Shown here in pieces: positions 58,957-64,000 of a stretch of 64,000 nucleotides of DNA; the first letter of the stretch is position 1; each line of letters begins with the position of its first letter. Below the pieces are notes generated by a model. That model saw only the letters and a program-made list of their open reading frames with translations. It did no database searches and was not told the origin of the DNA. Source of the DNA: Eutreptiella sp. 'Long Island Sound 2002'. Lineage: Eukaryota; Protista; Euglenida. The DNA lies in contig OZ038379.1 of the NCBI GenBank assembly GCA_964036045.1, positions 21,204,001-21,268,000 on the forward strand, read 5' to 3'. The position numbers and the translations under genes were made by a program.

Positions 58957-59350
58957 TAGGGTAGTTCTGTGTTATGTAGAAGCCTATCCCTATCCCCTTT
59001 CATAATGGGAATGGGGTTTGGATAGTTGTGTGTTGCATAGAACTATACCCTTTCATGATGGCTATGAGGTTAGGGTAGTTGTACAATGCGTGGAACCCTA
59101 ACTCTATCCCCTTTCTTGATGGGAATGCGGTTAGGGTCGTTGTGTGTTACATAGAACCCTAACCCTATCCCCTTTCATAATGGGAATGCAGTTAGGGGAG
59201 CTGATTTAGCTATATTGATCTCTCCCCACCCTGGGGACCCCGAGAAGGTAGGGGTGATGTAGCCATATTGATCTGTCCCCACCATGGGGACCCCGAGAAG
59301 GCATGGGTGATGTAGCCATTCCGCCCACATGTGGGCCCCCGAGACGGCAG
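58957..59350 (+). repeat. 61-bp telomere-motif satellite followed by 53-bp satellite (right flank of element B)
   Basis: gaaccctaac units at 59093 and 59154 (61 bp apart); gtgatgtagcc units at 59254 and 59307 (53 bp apart). Confidence 0.9.
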
Positions 59351-62300
59351 GGGTTAAGCAGCCAACTACCGAGTGACAAAGGAAACTGAAGTACGTACGC
59401 CGTGCACTTTTGGGGACAAATGTTAAGGAGTGCAGATCAGTTGCACCAAAGTGTGCGCGTGTTGTTGCATTTCACACAGTTTTGCATGAGGAGGCAAGTA
59501 CGGTATAAGGCTTATGGTCCATGGGACCATGTGCCGCCGCATGTTTGGGCCGTTGTTGATGACCCAAGCACTACCTCACGAGATGATTGTGAAGAAGATG
59601 GTGAAGACATTTGTGCTTTGTGTTGTCACAAACGCACCACCACAGTTTGTGGGTAGTGCAAGGAGAGGTATTGCGCTAAATGTATTGACCCTCACACTTG
59701 TGGGGACAAAGTTGTTCATGTCGCACCATAATTTTGCAATGTTTCTTTACATCGGTGACCTTCCCATGTGACAAAACACCCTATATTATTTCCTTGGAAC
59801 ACAATCCTAGGCAGGGGTTACCGTCGTGGAATGAAAATGCATGAAAGGTTCCTTGTTCAAGCGCACTTGTGCTTTGTTGTGTCATTTGAGCTCAGGGTTC
59901 CTGGGCTGGAGGGGGATTGATATTTAGTGGTATTTAGTGGTAGTAGTATTGGGATGGACGACCGGGACATTGATTTAGATGCCGGGCACGCCGGGCGCGC
60001 GCCGGGCAAATGTACCCTCTTGCACGTGAGTTGAGTGGCCTCCACCAAAAAATGCAGCAAATGCCAAAATGTGAAGAATGCTGCACATAAGGGTTTTTTG
60101 TTGGCTTCTGGCCCTTGAGACCTCCAGCCCATCCCCCCCCCCCCCCTCCAGATCACCACTACTGCCCGCCGTATTTTGGTGAGATGCCACAACCCACCAC
60201 AACATGGAATGGCGGAGGTTCAGTGATGCACAAGGACAAACCACGACGAGGCACCGAAAAACTGAGTGATGAACAATGCCGAATCATACATTCCACAAGG
60301 GTGGCCCAGTGCCATGGGAACAACAAAAGGCCATGGAAATCTTGGACTGGCACAGCACCCATTATCGGAGCAGAGTACTGTTGAGTTTAGTCCCCATGGC
60401 CAATGGTCCAAGGCACATGATTCCCAATGCAAAACCCCTCAGCACTCATTGTGTATCTTGACTGCGTTCAGTCTTGTCATCAAAAAATGATTCATGGGGC
60501 TTTGCACAGTTTGAGTGAACGGTGCTTCAACATCCCATCGTGATATTGGAAGGTGGGGCTTATTTTTTTGCTTATTTTTGGTGTCCACAAGTGTGGCCAA
60601 ACTGAAGCAGCTTTGTGGATCTTGGGCACCATCTCTATCGTGCGACCGCCACAACCACCACCACCATCAACCACTGCCACCACCATCACCAGCATCACAA
60701 CAGCGGTTGCACAAGTCTGCCCTCGGACATGGCTTGTTTTGGCATCCTGTGGTACCTCCTGTATCGAAGAGACGGCCATTGCCAATAATTTAGTTGTTCC
60801 GGAGTGTTGATCAATTGAATGGTCCAGATGCCGTGTGCTCTGTGGGTCACTGGCCGGGCACAACTGTATATCGTACCTCTTCACGGTATCTACCACGTTC
60901 CGTTTGCAGCCGACAAAGTACTTCTTCCAATAGCGGCGGATGACGTGGGCCAGGGGCTGTGCAGCGGATGACACACTTCACAGCTGGACGCCCCCAAGCG
61001 AATGCACCGCATTCTGGCATGGCACGTTGCAGACTCAGCGCCGTGGCTGTTTTACGTTCCACTTGAAAGTGCCCCATGATGCTGACACACAGAGCACGCC
61101 AGTCTTCGACAAAGCGGAGAAGGTGCCTCAGCCACAAGCAGGAGATGCATCTATTTTGAACTCCTGTACCCTCCGAAAAGCACTGGACATGGCAGGCCAG
61201 GCTGCAGCGTTGTGAAGCTCTGCCCGGGTTCACTTTCTCTTGTGGACAGAAGCCCAGGGCCCCTGCCGCCGTCACTGAAAGACGGACTGCACAAGCCACT
61301 CGTGTGGTGGGTGGAGGGCATACAGGGCGCAAAGGCAAAGCTCTTTTTCTCTGCATGAGAATCCAGCCCCCTTCTCAACCCGGTGCCGTTTGGGATGTTG
61401 ACGCCCGCTGTCGTTGAGCACCGCACTGCCGTCGACAGCCTTTGGCCTAACAGAAAATACGGAAGATGTCCTGCATGCATTGCGCGTCCTGATGGGCGGC
61501 GTGGCATGCAGTTTCCCAAACCGCTGGACTAGCTCGTGCACCTTGTGTAAATACATCACCGATTTTGTGCTCAATTGACTGTGCGGGTGTCATGTCTGTC
61601 AGGGCAGATTGAATGACCAGAACATGTTGTGTTGCACGGAACCTGACCAGAGCCCCCCCCCCCCCCCCCCACAAACACACACCATGAAGGCTGACGGCCA
61701 TGCTTCGGTCTGTGGAGCTGGGGTACCCCATATTGAGTGAGGGCACCCTGGAGGGGGCTAGACAACCCAATGTGCCGCAGTCATGTGCCTCCGCGCGAAC
61801 CGGTTCCTGAAGCTCTTGGGGGACGGCTTTGTTGAACAAGGCCAGTCTTCTGGGTAGTTCATCCGCACCGTTGGTGTGCCCGCCAGATGTGTCTGACCCA
61901 TCGTGAAAATATGTGCTTGTGTGGACCGGGTGTATGCACCGGCTCCATGCCTTTGTGCTTTGCTCACACCTGCCTTTGTTCTGACAACCCTTTCGGGGTG
62001 AACTCTTTGCCCCCCCCCCCCCCACGGAGAGTTCTGAGGGGGTCTGACGGGGGTTACACAGGGGAAGAGGGGGGCCTGAGGGGTGACACAAGGGGAAAAG
62101 CCCCCGCTTCCCCCCCAAAAAAAAGTTTCAGACAGGGAAGCAGGTGCCTGAGGGGGGTCACCCAGGGGAAGTGGGACTCTCAGGCGGGGGGATGGGGCGC
62201 CGTCAGACATGGTCCCGCTAAAGATCTCCCACTGTAGTATCCGGCCAAAAAGTGGGACCAGCACCCCACAGCTATGACTCCGGGCACTGCTGTCTCGTAG

Positions 62301-63554
62301 TGCCTCAACCTTGGTCTGCAAGTTTGGGTGTTTAGCCACTAAACTGCACTATGCCAAAATTTGTCAGATTTGCATAAAAATCGGACCTTCACACAGGAGG
62401 GCTCACCAAGTGTTTGCCAGGTGTCGTTTCTGCCTCCAACAAACACCCGTTGCCTTTGCCAATGAGAAAAATGGGAAGGGACAGAAACGGGCCAAAACCA
62501 GGTGCTCATTGACAAACAAAACATACATGTTGCCGTTCTTGCATGCCAGTCACTTGGTGCCCATGTGAATGTCGGAACGAGACGGGTTGAGCAGTGTTTC
62601 ACCAAGTTCAAAAGCCCCTTCCCAGCGCTACGTTGCCTCCACGCAGCAGGTTTGCAGTGGTTTGCAGAGGTTGGTATTTGGCGGCCAAAATGCTCCATGG
62701 CAACCCCAGTCCTCAGCACAATTTCGAAATGGGTTGGTGGAGGATGGGCGCTATACAAGTATGCCCCAGCACCGAGCCCCCAATCCAAAATGTGCCATGA
62801 TGGGATAATTCGGTGCATGGGTGTCATCCATGTCAGTTGCCAGCAGTCATAGATGAAGCTTTGTGCTCAACCTGCGCATGTGTTCGCTGGAAATTTTCTT
62901 CACCTGTATGACCCATCCCCCATGCCCCGTTTAATCCTTGTGGCTGGCAAGCGCTCTTGCAGCCCTCTCCCTTGCTGGACCTAGTGCAGCTAGTGGCTTT
63001 TGTTGCAGGTTACGACCTTTCACCGCCTTATTGGTTCAGTCTGACACTGCATTGCATGGTTTGAGGTTTCACCCGGTCTGGAACTGGAGACTGCAATAAC
63101 CCCCAGGTCCGGGTGGCATTCCTTTCCTGTCTGAACCTAACTGTGACCTGATGTTTTTTGAGTTGTGACGTATGGATTGTGCATACGCACGAGAGCGTCT
63201 TTAGGTAGACTTCAACGAAGGGCGGAGTACGGAGTTCAAGCCCCCGTACACCAGTGCACCAAGAGGGAGGAAAGGCTCGGCTTTCTTCGGCACACGCAGG
63301 GGGCAGGGGGCAGGGGGCAGGGGGCAGGGGGCAAATGCACGCACCATTGTTGGAGGGGCTTGAGTGCTGTTTTTTTTTTTGTGGATGTTGTCTTTTCCTG
63401 TATCTCGTGCAGTGAGCTGCACTATGACGTTGGGCATCCCCAACCTGCTGCAGCCTCTTGCACAGAGCTTCCTGATCCTGCCGCACTTGGTGATACATCT
63501 CCAATGCGCCCCGTGCGAGAACCCCTTATGATTTCGTGAAATAGTTTCATGACT

Positions 63555-63690
63555 CGTCATGTCGCATTACATCGCGTCATGTCACGTCAGTCACGTCACA
63601 TCACGTCACATCACGTCACACCACGTCTCATCACGTCACATCACATCATGTCACACCACGTCACACGACGTCACGTTGTATCACGTCACG
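63555..63690 (+). repeat. (TCACG/TCACA)n pentamer microsatellite
   Basis: Direct inspection. Confidence 0.9.
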
Positions 63691-63740
63691 GTTTCTGCAC
63701 ATCAGCGGGGCCTATGATTTGTCATGTCACCTCAGGCAGG

Positions 63741-64000
63741 ACAAAGGCATGCCCTGATCTGTAGTCAAGCACATGCCGCGACAAACTCGAGTGCGCATTG
63801 GGTGCATGGCGCGGCTGTCTGGTCTGGGGACTGTAGAGCGCACGCTACAAAAACCATTCACTTTCTTTGACGCTACACATAATGTTCTGAATTCGGGGGA
63901 CGAAGTATAACAAAACAACCGTGCGTGACGGCAGGGGCCAGAAGTCAGGATCCTCAACCCCAAACGGGGGCATGAGGATCTACTGCGATGGGGCCTGACC
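63741..64000 (-). mobile_element. Young dispersed repeat, copy 2 (runs off the window end)
   Basis: Reverse complement of 54314-54573 with 2 mismatches by eye. Confidence 0.9.

Noticed and set aside
60492-62118. Coding-like minus-strand stretches (e.g. IRRYWKKYFVGCKRN, SIEHKIGDVFTQG)
   Set aside because: I could not assemble a phase-consistent exon chain or recognise a family.
62502-62852. Possible Harbinger-like motif (RRVEQCFTKFK)
   Set aside because: A single weak motif with no catalytic Asp context or TIRs; similarly weak hAT-like (13400-13560), BED-like (28500-28600) and APE-like (12140-12180) hints were not called.

Overview
Eukaryotic, repeat-rich, intron-containing genomic DNA; no prokaryotic operons, rRNA or CRISPR seen. 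Euglenozoan/euglenid origin is inferred, not verified, from TTAGGG-type repeats, many G/C homopolymer tracts, and AG acceptors just upstream of start codons. Genes I could reconstruct, all on the + strand: (1) a 9-exon MKS1 (B9-C2 ciliary transition-zone protein, 942-11034, 650 aa, all GT-AG, phases consistent); (2) a 3-exon putative type II membrane GT-A-like glycosyltransferase (17519-24551, 349 aa); (3) an intronless CRAL-TRIO/Sec14 protein (31621-32367); (4) an intronless 2-TM hypothetical protein (33188/33275-34183); (5) an intronless secreted FkbM-family methyltransferase (44259-45332); (6) two phase-compatible exons of an unknown coiled-coil protein (50874-51151, 54980-55142). The rest is mobile DNA and satellites: pogo-like, hAT-like (NUMOD1-PHD-PHD-TTF), Ty3/gypsy RT and tyrosine-recombinase relics, two TA-flanked MITEs with G/C-tract TIRs, a tRNA-derived SINE-like unit, and hairpin-forming satellites. 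The most striking signal is a non-autonomous element family with asymmetric terminal inverted repeats. Two full copies (52329-53479 minus, 56344-58956 plus) both sit at exactly GGGT^TAGGG in telomere-type repeats with no target duplication, and one carries a foreign coding fragment. Alignments and family calls were made by eye and from memory, with no database searches.
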